DNA from: a virus
Strand: one strand, 5' to 3'
Virus record (IMG/VR): IMGVR_UViG_3300023184_000037
Location: 32,001 to 96,000 of that record
Length of the DNA stretch: 64,000 nt
Position 1 is the first letter of the stretch. Every line of letters starts with the position of its first letter. The position numbers and the translations under genes were made by a program. The notes under the pieces were generated by a model, which was not told the DNA's origin, did not search any database, and saw only the letters and a list, made by a program, of their open reading frames with translations. This document shows positions 32,706-41,732 of this stretch, piece after piece.

Positions 32706-33517
32706 TAGATTTTAAAAAATACATACCAACAAACCGAAACATTATCCTATTTGGAGCAATAGTTGTACTAGTTTTATTACTAATGCAGCAATGCGATAGA
32801 AATGCAACCCTTAAAAAGGATGCTGAAACTGCGCAAATGATTGCAAACCGAAATTACAATAATCTTAAAGCATCTCAAGATACAATTAAATTTGAAAGAA
32901 ACCGTAATGGTGATTTGGTTGCTATTAAATTGGCTTATGAATATGACATAAATACACTGACTGCCAAAAATAAAGAGATTATTGCCGATTATCAAAAAGC
33001 ACTGGGTCTTAATAAAGACTTAAAGGGTGTAAATTCACTCTTAAGAGCCGAAATCAAAGTCAAAGATTCGATTATTAATGCCCGAAGTTCAGTTGCAACT
33101 ACAAGTGATTCAACTGCTACTGTTGCGATTAGTGATGAAAAAAAATGGGATAAATATAATTGGAGAAACTTTAATGGAACCGTTGACCTTTTAAGAAATA
33201 AAAAGACCAATACCATTAGTGTTGTTTCAAATAAATTTAACTTTGAGCAAGGAATTGAACTTAAGGCTGCGATTATAAATGAAGAGGGTATTAATAAGTT
33301 AAAAATTACATCACCTTCACCTGGAGTAATATTTACCAATATTGAAAATATTAATCTGGTAAATGACAAACTGAACCAAAAACAGGAACAAAAATCAGGA
33401 TGGTCTCTTGGAGTTGGAGTTGGTTATGGAATTAACCTCAACAATAATCAAGTAATTAGTACTGGACCATCATTAAATATTGGACTTATATGGTCTCCAA
33501 AGTGGCTTAGGTTTTAA
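32702..33517 (+). CDS. Membrane-anchored coiled-coil protein, spanin-like
   Basis: True start ATG 32702 (ATGA overlap); hydrophobic IILFGAIVVLVLLLMQQC, coiled coil, C-terminal amphipathic beta hairpin ending in F. Confidence 0.55.
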   Translation: MIDFKKYIPTNRNIILFGAIVVLVLLLMQQCDRNATLKKDAETAQMIANRNYNNLKASQDTIKFERNRNGDLVAIKLAYEYDINTLTAKNKEIIADYQKALGLNKDLKGVNSLLRAEIKVKDSIINARSSVATTSDSTATVAISDEKKWDKYNWRNFNGTVDLLRNKKTNTISVVSNKFNFEQGIELKAAIINEEGINKLKITSPSPGVIFTNIENINLVNDKLNQKQEQKSGWSLGVGVGYGINLNNNQVISTGPSLNIGLIWSPKWLRF

Positions 33518-33531
33518 AAAATTATAGAGTA

Positions 33532-35595
33532 ATGGCAAAATCATCAAGATTCGTTAAATTAGACGACGACGTATTATTAGAATTCATGTATCATGACCAA
33601 TCACAGCCTGATTTGGTTAAAATTGAGAATGACAATAATGGAAGCCAAATCAAGTATCTTAATACGATTGCTGGAAATAATAGCGCTTCAAGGTTACTAA
33701 TACACGAACTTGGATCCGACGTTGTAGAATTTACTGTGACAACTGCAAATGGATTTATTGTTATTAATAGTTTTGCATCCCGTGCCTTATTATTAAAAAA
33801 TGGAAGTACTTACAAATTTGACTTAAGTGATATTAATACAATAAATAACCCTGCAGGATTTAATATTCCTGGAGGAAATGGTTACCTATCAGGAACTACT
33901 TACATTTATACACCAACAACTAATGGTAAATATGAGTACAATTATACAAATTTAGCAGGTACAGAATTTAATAAAGGAGAAATCCAAGTAACTGACCGTG
34001 CAAGTTCCCTATTTTCAGTTCCGTTCGCAGATACTGGAAATGATATTAGAACCGCAGCAGGACAGTCTGGAAGATATTATGCAGTTCCTACTGCTGAACC
34101 AAGTACATGGGCTCTTCTTGAAAATAATTTAGGTTACTTAGATTCAACTGAATGGTTAGGAACAGATTCTGCTGGATTACAACCCGTTGCTATTGGAGAT
34201 GTTGCAGCAGTATGGTATGACACTATTAGATTACACCTAAGAACCGGCTACTCATTTAATGGTAGAGGATATGATGGATTCTTATTCCAAACCAAGGTTA
34301 AAAGAAACTCCGGAGTCTATAATTATTTTAATTCAACGGTTTATTTAAACCAATCAAATTTTGAAATTCAAAACCCAAATCCATTTATATTAGGGGAATC
34401 TTCGTATTCTAAATATATTGAAATCAAAGTACCTTCATTGGTTGATATGTATTCGCCTGCAACAAATGAAGAATTTAAAGATACATTCTTTGCCCCTTCG
34501 GGAACTAATTCAATTCCAGCGACTGCAAATTATGAGTTTGATTTTAGATTAATCGACAGTGTAGTTACTCTTGCAGGTTATGACTACATTAAATTAGTAG
34601 AAGGAAAATCTCTAACTCTTGCACAAGAAGATGAATATGCAAATATTGCAGTTAATGTCGAACATGCAACAGATGGAGACTACTTTAAAATCTACGGAAC
34701 ATATAACTCGGATCAAGCAACATTTGAAAATTATATAACTGGAAGGATTGCAACTTCAGGAGATGACATTACAATATTCTATGAGGTTCAAGTTGCAGAG
34801 CAACTGGGTCTTAATTATATTAATACTTTTAATAATACTTTTACCCAAACCTCAAATTACGATGAGGCAATTGTGTTCAGACCTGTTATTTTAAACTCTT
34901 CAGTATCAAGCAACTTTGTAATAACTGTTAATATGAGAATCTATAATGAAACGGATAATACTCAAATTGTAAAAACCGCTTCTCTAATATATACACAACC
35001 TAAAAAGTACGGTAAAAAATTACTAAAACTGGCTCTTAATTCAAATTTTGCTCCAAGTATAGTATACAATACATTACCAAATACAGCAGTTAATAGAGAA
35101 CTTAATCAATTTGTAAATTCTATCCGACCTAGTGTTGGAGAGACCAAATATGTTCCTGTAGCCCTTGATACTTACAGAATTATGGGAGGAAGTACCTCAG
35201 TAACTGTTGATGGAGCCGCAGTAAATGATACAACTTCAATGGATTACAAAAAAGAGGGAGATGGAGTTATAACACTTTCAAAAGTTTCTGATAATTACAT
35301 TAAGTTTAAAGTTGCCCAACCTGATGGAGATTCGATGAAAAGTATTAGTCTTGTAAATGCTGAAGACCTAATACTTATAATTAAAAGTGGAGCAATTGAA
35401 CAACAAATATCTCACGACCCTAGTTTTCCAGGAGTGGACTTGGGAATCGGAGAAGTTTTCTTTAAAGTACCAAAAAGCGTAGCAGTCCGATTTGACCAAA
35501 GTGATACGAATCAAACATCAGACAAATTTTATATTAACATCAAAAACGGAAGTACTGAATCACTATTGTACTACGGAACAGTAAACATCATATAA
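33532..35595 (+). CDS. Virion structural protein
   Basis: 687 aa beta-rich, coupled to gp3-like gene. Confidence 0.45.
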   Translation: MAKSSRFVKLDDDVLLEFMYHDQSQPDLVKIENDNNGSQIKYLNTIAGNNSASRLLIHELGSDVVEFTVTTANGFIVINSFASRALLLKNGSTYKFDLSDINTINNPAGFNIPGGNGYLSGTTYIYTPTTNGKYEYNYTNLAGTEFNKGEIQVTDRASSLFSVPFADTGNDIRTAAGQSGRYYAVPTAEPSTWALLENNLGYLDSTEWLGTDSAGLQPVAIGDVAAVWYDTIRLHLRTGYSFNGRGYDGFLFQTKVKRNSGVYNYFNSTVYLNQSNFEIQNPNPFILGESSYSKYIEIKVPSLVDMYSPATNEEFKDTFFAPSGTNSIPATANYEFDFRLIDSVVTLAGYDYIKLVEGKSLTLAQEDEYANIAVNVEHATDGDYFKIYGTYNSDQATFENYITGRIATSGDDITIFYEVQVAEQLGLNYINTFNNTFTQTSNYDEAIVFRPVILNSSVSSNFVITVNMRIYNETDNTQIVKTASLIYTQPKKYGKKLLKLALNSNFAPSIVYNTLPNTAVNRELNQFVNSIRPSVGETKYVPVALDTYRIMGGSTSVTVDGAAVNDTTSMDYKKEGDGVITLSKVSDNYIKFKVAQPDGDSMKSISLVNAEDLILIIKSGAIEQQISHDPSFPGVDLGIGEVFFKVPKSVAVRFDQSDTNQTSDKFYINIKNGSTESLLYYGTVNII

Positions 35596-36149
35596 TGATA
35601 TTAAATAGTAGAAATAATTTATTCAATTTTAAGTTTCCTAGGACTTTTATTCCTAAGGAGGTAGCTGACAAATATCGAAAGTATTTGAATAGACTTCCAG
35701 GTAATTTGATTACTGAACCTATTGATTTTATAAATTACTCAATTCAAGGTGTTGGCCTTCCAGGAATTAGTTTTGACCCAATCGAAACCTCACCAAATGA
35801 TGGTACAATTACATATCATAGAGGTTCGATTCCGATACAAAATACGATCGACAGACAGTTCAAAGTAACAATGCAACTCTTAGATGGTTATATAAATTAT
35901 TGGATTATGCAGGACACCCTACTATATTACTATTCGAAGGGAGTCAAAGATCCGTTTATCAACGATATTAAACTTCAGATAATGGACGCAGAAGGAATTC
36001 ACCTTATGAGCGCTGTTTTTGAAAAACCAATACTTAATTCAATTTCAGACCTGGAGTTAAATATGAGTTCAAATATTGCAGAATTTACAACGTTTGAACT
36101 AAACTTTTATTATAATAAATTCGACATAACATTAGAAATAGATAATTAA
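35595..36149 (+). CDS. Tail completion/tube terminator protein, T4 gp3-like
   Basis: 'IQGVGLPGISF', 'FKVTMQLLDGYINY', 'LQIMD', 'SISDLEL', 'TFELNFYYNKF' follow the gp3/gp19 tube fold pattern. Confidence 0.65.
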   Translation: MILNSRNNLFNFKFPRTFIPKEVADKYRKYLNRLPGNLITEPIDFINYSIQGVGLPGISFDPIETSPNDGTITYHRGSIPIQNTIDRQFKVTMQLLDGYINYWIMQDTLLYYYSKGVKDPFINDIKLQIMDAEGIHLMSAVFEKPILNSISDLELNMSSNIAEFTTFELNFYYNKFDITLEIDN

Positions 36150-36150
36150 T

Positions 36151-36519
36151 ATGAAAACATTTTTAGATTACATAGCAGAACAGAACATAACTGAAAATGA
36201 GTTACAAGTACTAAACGAATCCCTTCAAACCGAATGGACCGAAGAACTTGAGGCTAAAGTTGACGCTGCTCTAGAACAATTTTCAAACACTTATAAGAAC
36301 GCTGACGGAACCTATAATATCCAAGCGTTCAATGAAGAGATTACTAATGAAGGAGTTTTAGGTAGTATCTTTGGAGGACTTGCAGGTTTTGCTCTTGGTA
36401 AAACTGTTGGAAAAACTATTGCCAATATCTTGGGAATCCAAAGTGGTATAATGTATGACATGTTAACCTCAAGACTAGTAGGAGCCGCTCTTGGTTCTTC
36501 TCTTGGTAGTAAATTATAA
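36151..36519 (+). CDS. Internal head protein with CTS and C-terminal glycine zipper
   Basis: MKTFLDYIAE (cf. T4 MKTYQEFIAE); GSIFGGLAGFALGKTVG and VGAALGSSLG GxxxG repeats. Confidence 0.6.
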   Translation: MKTFLDYIAEQNITENELQVLNESLQTEWTEELEAKVDAALEQFSNTYKNADGTYNIQAFNEEITNEGVLGSIFGGLAGFALGKTVGKTIANILGIQSGIMYDMLTSRLVGAALGSSLGSKL

Positions 36520-36521
36520 AT

Positions 36522-37178
36522 ATGAATTTTGTAACAATTGACTTTTCCTTAAATTCCCCAGGTATTTGTATCTTCTCAGGTAATAAATATCATTTTATTG
36601 GGTATTTAAAACCAAACACAGGCACCAAAGCCGAACAAAAGATTCAGGAGGAACTACACTTACTTGAAGATTGTCAGATTCACGATCAGCCGGATTGGAC
36701 GAATAACGAGGCCTATTCGAAGAGTGAGATGATTAAAATCCAGCGTCACACCCAAACTGCAAATGACATCATTGATATGATTATTGAAATTACAGGAGAA
36801 GACCCTGAAGTTGTGGTTGCATTTGAGGGCTCCTCTTATGGTTCTTCGGGTGGAACTAATAATATTATCGATATGGCGGCTGGAGCTGCAATCTTAAAAA
36901 TGGAAATGATGTCGAGGCTTAAAGTCAAAGATATGTTAACAGTCGCACCTTCGACAATTAAGAAGCATGCTGGAAAGGGTAACATGAAGAAGGATGAACT
37001 TTGGGTTAAATTCCTGGATAACGTTTTAAACGATTCAGTGCTTGAAAACTCGTCACTGCTTAGATACTGTAAAACCCAAATCGGAGAGGTTAAAAAAGTC
37101 CCAAAACCCTTAGATGATTTGGTGGATGCCTACTTTCTGAATCATCTAGCCCGAACTCTATTTTACCCGGAGGCTTAA
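36522..37178 (+). CDS. RuvC-like Holliday junction resolvase
   Basis: IDFSLNSPG, AFEGSSY, APSTIKKHAGKGNMKK, DDLVDAY catalytic pattern. Confidence 0.8.
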   Translation: MNFVTIDFSLNSPGICIFSGNKYHFIGYLKPNTGTKAEQKIQEELHLLEDCQIHDQPDWTNNEAYSKSEMIKIQRHTQTANDIIDMIIEITGEDPEVVVAFEGSSYGSSGGTNNIIDMAAGAAILKMEMMSRLKVKDMLTVAPSTIKKHAGKGNMKKDELWVKFLDNVLNDSVLENSSLLRYCKTQIGEVKKVPKPLDDLVDAYFLNHLARTLFYPEA

Positions 37179-37185
37179 AGACATA

Positions 37186-37336
37186 AGTTATATTCAACAT
37201 ACAAGTTTTTGTTTCAAGAATCTTAAAAAATATTTTAAGAGGGTAAATTTGTGCCTCTAGGGTAAGATTCCCCTAATAAAAAAGATATATAATTAATATA
37301 GATTCTTGAAACAAAAAAGAAAGTTTCTATATAACT
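37186..37336. promoter_or_regulatory. Divergent pair of TTGAAAC-N17/18-TATAACT promoters within an 18-bp inverted repeat
   Basis: TTTTTGTTTCAAGAATCT (37206-37223) vs AGATTCTTGAAACAAAAA (37300-37317); TATAACT at 37330-37336 (+) and at 37186-37192 (-). Confidence 0.6.
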
Positions 37337-37340
37337 ATCA

Positions 37341-37407
37341 TAAGTAATTAAAGGGCCCTTAAGACTTATTAAATTAAAGTTTAAACAAAATTAAAGCAAT
37401 TAAAGAC
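37341..37407 (+). promoter_or_regulatory. gp32-type translational operator (TTAAA repeats)
   Basis: Six TTAAA copies (37348, 37369, 37374, 37381, 37391, 37400) before the SSB start, with a small hairpin at 37341-37368. Confidence 0.55.
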
Positions 37408-38331
37408 ATGGCAGAATTTGACATTTTTAATCTTGGCGTAAATGACGTCGACACACACGAAACCCAAGCTTCATCTGGAAGCGATCTTTACAAACCTACC
37501 GCAGATGACGGTAAGGATGGAACTTATAAAGCAATGATTCGCTTTGTTCCGAACCCAACAAACCCACGAAACTCTTTAGTGAAAAAATACGTACATTGGC
37601 TAACAAATGCTAATGGTGACGGTAAAATGGTAGACTCTCCATCGACTGTTGGAGCACCATGTCCTATTGCAGACGTATTCTTTAAGTTACGTAAAAGTGA
37701 CTCAGCAGTTGACCGTAAAATGAGTGATAAACTTAAAAGACGTGAGCAATACTTTGCACTTATTAAAATCATTAAAGACCCACAAAATCCTGAACTAGAA
37801 GGACAATACAAAGTTTTTAAATTTGGTTACAAAATCAAAGAAAAAATCGACGAGGAATTAAAACCAGCTTTTGGTGAACCAACTCAGGTATTTGACCTAT
37901 TTGCAGGTAAAAACTTCGAATTGATTATTACTCGTCAAGGAGATTTTAACAACTACGATAAATCAAAGTTCTCTTCAAAAACATCACCAATTGAGATTGA
38001 TGGTAAAGCAGCGACTCGTACTCCTGAATCGATGGGTGCTATTAAAACCGAGTTGGAAACAGCTCCAAGTTTAGAGCCATACGAATACAAAGCATGGGAC
38101 GGAGAAACTCTTGATTTTGTTAATTCTATTCTTAGAAATTACTTAAATCCTGGAAGTTCAATAGATTCAGTTGTTAACAAACCTGCGGCTAAAAAAGCAC
38201 CAGCGAAATCTGAACCGGTTGCAGAAGCTAATGATTTTGAGTTCCCATCAGATATGGTAGGAAATCCAGACTCTACGAATGTAGACTCTTCAGATGACTT
38301 AGATTCATTCTTGAATGACTTAGATATTTAA
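37408..38331 (+). CDS. Single-stranded DNA-binding protein, T4 gp32-like
   Basis: 'AMIRFVP', 'CPI', 'IIKDPQNPELEGQYKVFKFGYKIKEKI', 'FDLFAGKNF', 'NYDKSKF', acidic tail DDLDSFLNDLDI. Confidence 0.92.
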   Translation: MAEFDIFNLGVNDVDTHETQASSGSDLYKPTADDGKDGTYKAMIRFVPNPTNPRNSLVKKYVHWLTNANGDGKMVDSPSTVGAPCPIADVFFKLRKSDSAVDRKMSDKLKRREQYFALIKIIKDPQNPELEGQYKVFKFGYKIKEKIDEELKPAFGEPTQVFDLFAGKNFELIITRQGDFNNYDKSKFSSKTSPIEIDGKAATRTPESMGAIKTELETAPSLEPYEYKAWDGETLDFVNSILRNYLNPGSSIDSVVNKPAAKKAPAKSEPVAEANDFEFPSDMVGNPDSTNVDSSDDLDSFLNDLDI

Positions 38332-38352
38332 TCTAAGTTACTTTTATAAACT

Positions 38353-38382
38353 AAAGGGCTAATTAAACTTAGCCCTTTTTTT
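38353..38382 (+). terminator. Intrinsic terminator after SSB
   Basis: AAAGGGCTAA-ttaaac-TTAGCCCTTT followed by T-run. Confidence 0.75.
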
Positions 38383-38394
38383 CTATATAATAGT

Positions 38395-39519
38395 ATGCAA
38401 AGTCAAAAAATCACAGAAGATTTAAAGATAAAAATCAGGAGCTTGGTAAAACAAGCAATTGTAAAGGCTCATAATGAGCCAAGCAAGCATATGATTAAAG
38501 AGATGCCGGGTAGAATTACGATGGCATGTCCCTATTGTGGTGACTCGACGACTGACCATAAAAAGAAGCGTGGAAATCTCTACTGGGACACCTTACAATT
38601 CCACTGTTTTAACTGTGGAGTTCACTCAAATGCATACCAATTATTAAAAGACCATCACGTAAAATTCCAAAGCACAGATGATTCCATCCAAGTTATTGAT
38701 TACATTCAAGAACATAAAATGGAAACAAATGAAATTGAAGTCCTTGAACATGACGTTTTCAAATTGACTTATGATATGGCACCAACCCGAAAAGAATTAA
38801 TGGAATGGTTTAAATTTAAAGAAGTCGAACCTGGAGACCCAGCATTTTTCTATCTTAAGAATAGATTATTGGCCAGTCAAATGCACCGATTCATGTACTC
38901 TCCTAAGGATAAAAGAATTGTAGTACTCAATGTAGCTCCAAATGACAAAGTTATCGGTTTTCAAACTCGCTCAATCGACAAGCGTTCTAATTCTCGTTAT
39001 TTAACTTATGACCTTGAGAAGATGTATCAAGAGATTCAACGGGAGATTGTGCTTACTGATGAAGAGTTGATTGGCGTTAAAAAACTTTCAACACTATTTG
39101 GAGTAATGATCGTAGACTTTGAACGCGATGTTACAATGTTTGAAGGACCTATTGACGCAATGTTCATGCAAAATTCGATTGGCTTGGCAACTGCAGGTCG
39201 TTCAACTCTTGAATTTGATGAGATACCTACAATTAGATATATGTTTGATAACGATACTACCGGTAAAAAGAAGATGATGGAAAAGATCCGAAGAGGCAAG
39301 CAAATATTTACATGGGAGAAATTCTTTAAAGACACTAAAATTGACAAGGACTGGGAAGATTACCTACAAAAATTGGACAAAGATGAAAGAGATAAATATC
39401 CTAAACATATAGGTGATTTAAACGATTTGGTGATCGCATCGTGGCTAACAAAAAATAAATGTTTAGCACAGATTCAAAAGTATTTTACTAACTCCAGACT
39501 AGATGCATATTACCTATGA
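38395..39519 (+). CDS. DNA primase, T4 gp61-like
   Basis: Zn finger CPYCGDS...KRG...FHCFNCG; TOPRIM motifs FEGPIDAMF, FDND, DLND. Confidence 0.9.
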   Translation: MQSQKITEDLKIKIRSLVKQAIVKAHNEPSKHMIKEMPGRITMACPYCGDSTTDHKKKRGNLYWDTLQFHCFNCGVHSNAYQLLKDHHVKFQSTDDSIQVIDYIQEHKMETNEIEVLEHDVFKLTYDMAPTRKELMEWFKFKEVEPGDPAFFYLKNRLLASQMHRFMYSPKDKRIVVLNVAPNDKVIGFQTRSIDKRSNSRYLTYDLEKMYQEIQREIVLTDEELIGVKKLSTLFGVMIVDFERDVTMFEGPIDAMFMQNSIGLATAGRSTLEFDEIPTIRYMFDNDTTGKKKMMEKIRRGKQIFTWEKFFKDTKIDKDWEDYLQKLDKDERDKYPKHIGDLNDLVIASWLTKNKCLAQIQKYFTNSRLDAYYL

Positions 39520-39734
39520 TAAAAAAAGATTTTTTACAAATGGTTGCTCAGGAATTCGAAGATTTTGAAAATGAGAAAAACAAAAGAAAGAATATTAAGA
39601 TGATGCTTGATTTTAGCACATCAGCATATTCTCACAACACAAAAGAATTTAAAATGACTAAGCCAAGATTAAAGGCAAAGTTAAAAAGTTCAGTATTCAT
39701 TAAGGACAATAATAAAGGAAATTCACTTTTTTAA
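39516..39734 (+). CDS. Hypothetical protein
   Basis: 72 aa, ATGA overlap with primase. Confidence 0.5.
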   Translation: MIKKDFLQMVAQEFEDFENEKNKRKNIKMMLDFSTSAYSHNTKEFKMTKPRLKAKLKSSVFIKDNNKGNSLF

Positions 39735-39745
39735 AAGCATAATAT

Positions 39746-40174
39746 ATGACAGACGTCAAAGACAAGATAACTCAGCTCGACGAATATTTAATTAAGCAGA
39801 GAGAAGATTGGACCCAAAAAATAAAAGGTCTAACTGAGGAACTTAAGTTAGGTAACAATCTTGAGAGTGTAAGCGCATTCACTCTTAGTTATCGACAAAT
39901 ATTGGTTGAACACTTAGCAACCATGGGTAATAGAATCAAAACCCAAAAATCAGTAGTAGATAAAAAATATAAAGATAAATGGATTGAGTATTATAGTTAC
40001 GACTATAAACTCACCGATAAAATGCGTGAAAAATTCGTCGAAGCAGACATTGCCGACGACACGAATATCCTTGAGTTGCTGATAACTCAGAAAAACTTTT
40101 TTGAGGGTTCAATTAAGACACTCGATAATATGGGCTTTGCAATTAAGAATCGCCTCGATATTAGTCGTTTATAA
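39746..40174 (+). CDS. uvsY: Recombination mediator, UvsY-like
   Basis: Helical 142 aa, 'KWIEYYS', 'FVEAD', C-terminal 'LDNMGFAIKNRLD'; directly upstream of UvsW. Confidence 0.75.
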   Translation: MTDVKDKITQLDEYLIKQREDWTQKIKGLTEELKLGNNLESVSAFTLSYRQILVEHLATMGNRIKTQKSVVDKKYKDKWIEYYSYDYKLTDKMREKFVEADIADDTNILELLITQKNFFEGSIKTLDNMGFAIKNRLDISRL

Positions 40175-40190
40175 AAAGATCGCATGAGAT

Positions 40191-41699
40191 TTGATTTTAA
40201 CATTAACGGATGATAATCAATTTTTAAGAATTGATGAAGCAACCGAAATTGAGTTAGAGCAGATTAGAATCTCTCTGACCAAAAGAATAGAAAGCTGGAG
40301 GTTTCACCCTCTAGTTAAACGCGGAGTTTGGGATGGATACGTATCATATATTAAAGATGATAAATGGATTCCTGCCGGACTTTGGCGTCATGTTATGACA
40401 ATATGTAAAGAATACCGATACGAACTTAAAATCGAGGGTATTAAGAGGCTTATTGACTCCAATATTAATGCAGAACAGTTTGAGGTTTGGGCTACTGACT
40501 TCTTTAAGGGCTCACAGTTTACACCTCGTGACTATCAAATAGAAACTGCATATAACATTTTAAAATTTAGAAAGTGTCTAGCAGAGCTTGCAACTTCAGC
40601 AGGTAAGACACTGATTAGCTTCTTGACCGTCGCCTACATGCTTGAAAAGGGGCATGCTCAACGGATTCTTTTCATTGTACCAAATGTTTCATTGGTTGTT
40701 CAGGCCCATGAAGATTTCCATGAATATAATTATAAAAATAGAATTGACCTAAGAATCCAACAAATATTTGCAGGACAAGAGGTTAAAAAGAACAAAAATA
40801 TAATTATTGGGACCTATCAATCATTAATTAAGAAGGACGCTGCCTATTTTGCAGAGTTCGACGCTGTTATTGTAGATGAAACGCACAAAGCAAAAGGTGC
40901 CAGTATTAAGGAGATTCTTAGCAAGTGTGTTAATGCAAAATATAGGTTTGGACTTTCGGGTACAATACCAAAAGATGGTACACTTGACAAATTAACCCTA
41001 ATGAGCCAGACTGGCCCAGTTATTAGTGAAGTTAAGGCAAGTTTCTTACAAGAGCAGGGGCATATTGCACAATGTGTTGTTAAGGTTATTGAAATGAACT
41101 ATGCAACTCCAAAACAGCGAACAGCTTTCATGGAATTGGCCCAAAACAGATATGAAAATAAAGATGTGTTCTCATTAGAACAAAACTTTGTAATCACTAG
41201 CGATGCGCGACTTAATTTTATTTCAAATGTAATTGCAAGAGTTCCCAGGAACTCATTGGTGCTTTTCCATCGAATAGAACATGGACAAAGACTATATGAA
41301 AAGTTGAGACAAGAGAGCAACAAAAGGGTATTTTATGTCGATGGTGGAACTGCTTCAGAGATCCGAGAGGAATATAAAAAGAAGATGGAGGCTGGAGAGG
41401 AAATTGTAATTGTTGCAAGTTTCGGAACCTTCTCTACAGGTATATCAATCAAGAAAATTCACAACATATTTTTTACCGAATCTTTTAAATCAGAGGTAAT
41501 TATTAGACAATCAATTGGACGTGGACTTCGACAACACGCATCAAAAGACAAAGTATTGATTGTTGATTTTGTAGATGATATTAGAACACTCGAATGGGAT
41601 AACTATTTATACAAGCATGGAAAGGTACGCCAATCTATTTATAAACAAGAGAAATTTGAATACACTGTAAAGAAAGTGGATTTTGATGGGGATATATAA
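40191..41699 (+). CDS. uvsW: SF2 DNA helicase, UvsW-like
   Basis: PRDYQ, LATSAGKT, VDETH, GLSGT, GTFSTGISIK, QSIGRGLR motifs. Confidence 0.92.
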   Translation: MILTLTDDNQFLRIDEATEIELEQIRISLTKRIESWRFHPLVKRGVWDGYVSYIKDDKWIPAGLWRHVMTICKEYRYELKIEGIKRLIDSNINAEQFEVWATDFFKGSQFTPRDYQIETAYNILKFRKCLAELATSAGKTLISFLTVAYMLEKGHAQRILFIVPNVSLVVQAHEDFHEYNYKNRIDLRIQQIFAGQEVKKNKNIIIGTYQSLIKKDAAYFAEFDAVIVDETHKAKGASIKEILSKCVNAKYRFGLSGTIPKDGTLDKLTLMSQTGPVISEVKASFLQEQGHIAQCVVKVIEMNYATPKQRTAFMELAQNRYENKDVFSLEQNFVITSDARLNFISNVIARVPRNSLVLFHRIEHGQRLYEKLRQESNKRVFYVDGGTASEIREEYKKKMEAGEEIVIVASFGTFSTGISIKKIHNIFFTESFKSEVIIRQSIGRGLRQHASKDKVLIVDFVDDIRTLEWDNYLYKHGKVRQSIYKQEKFEYTVKKVDFDGDI

Positions 41700-41732
41700 A
41701 CATAATAACGTAATAAAAAAACATATTAAAAA

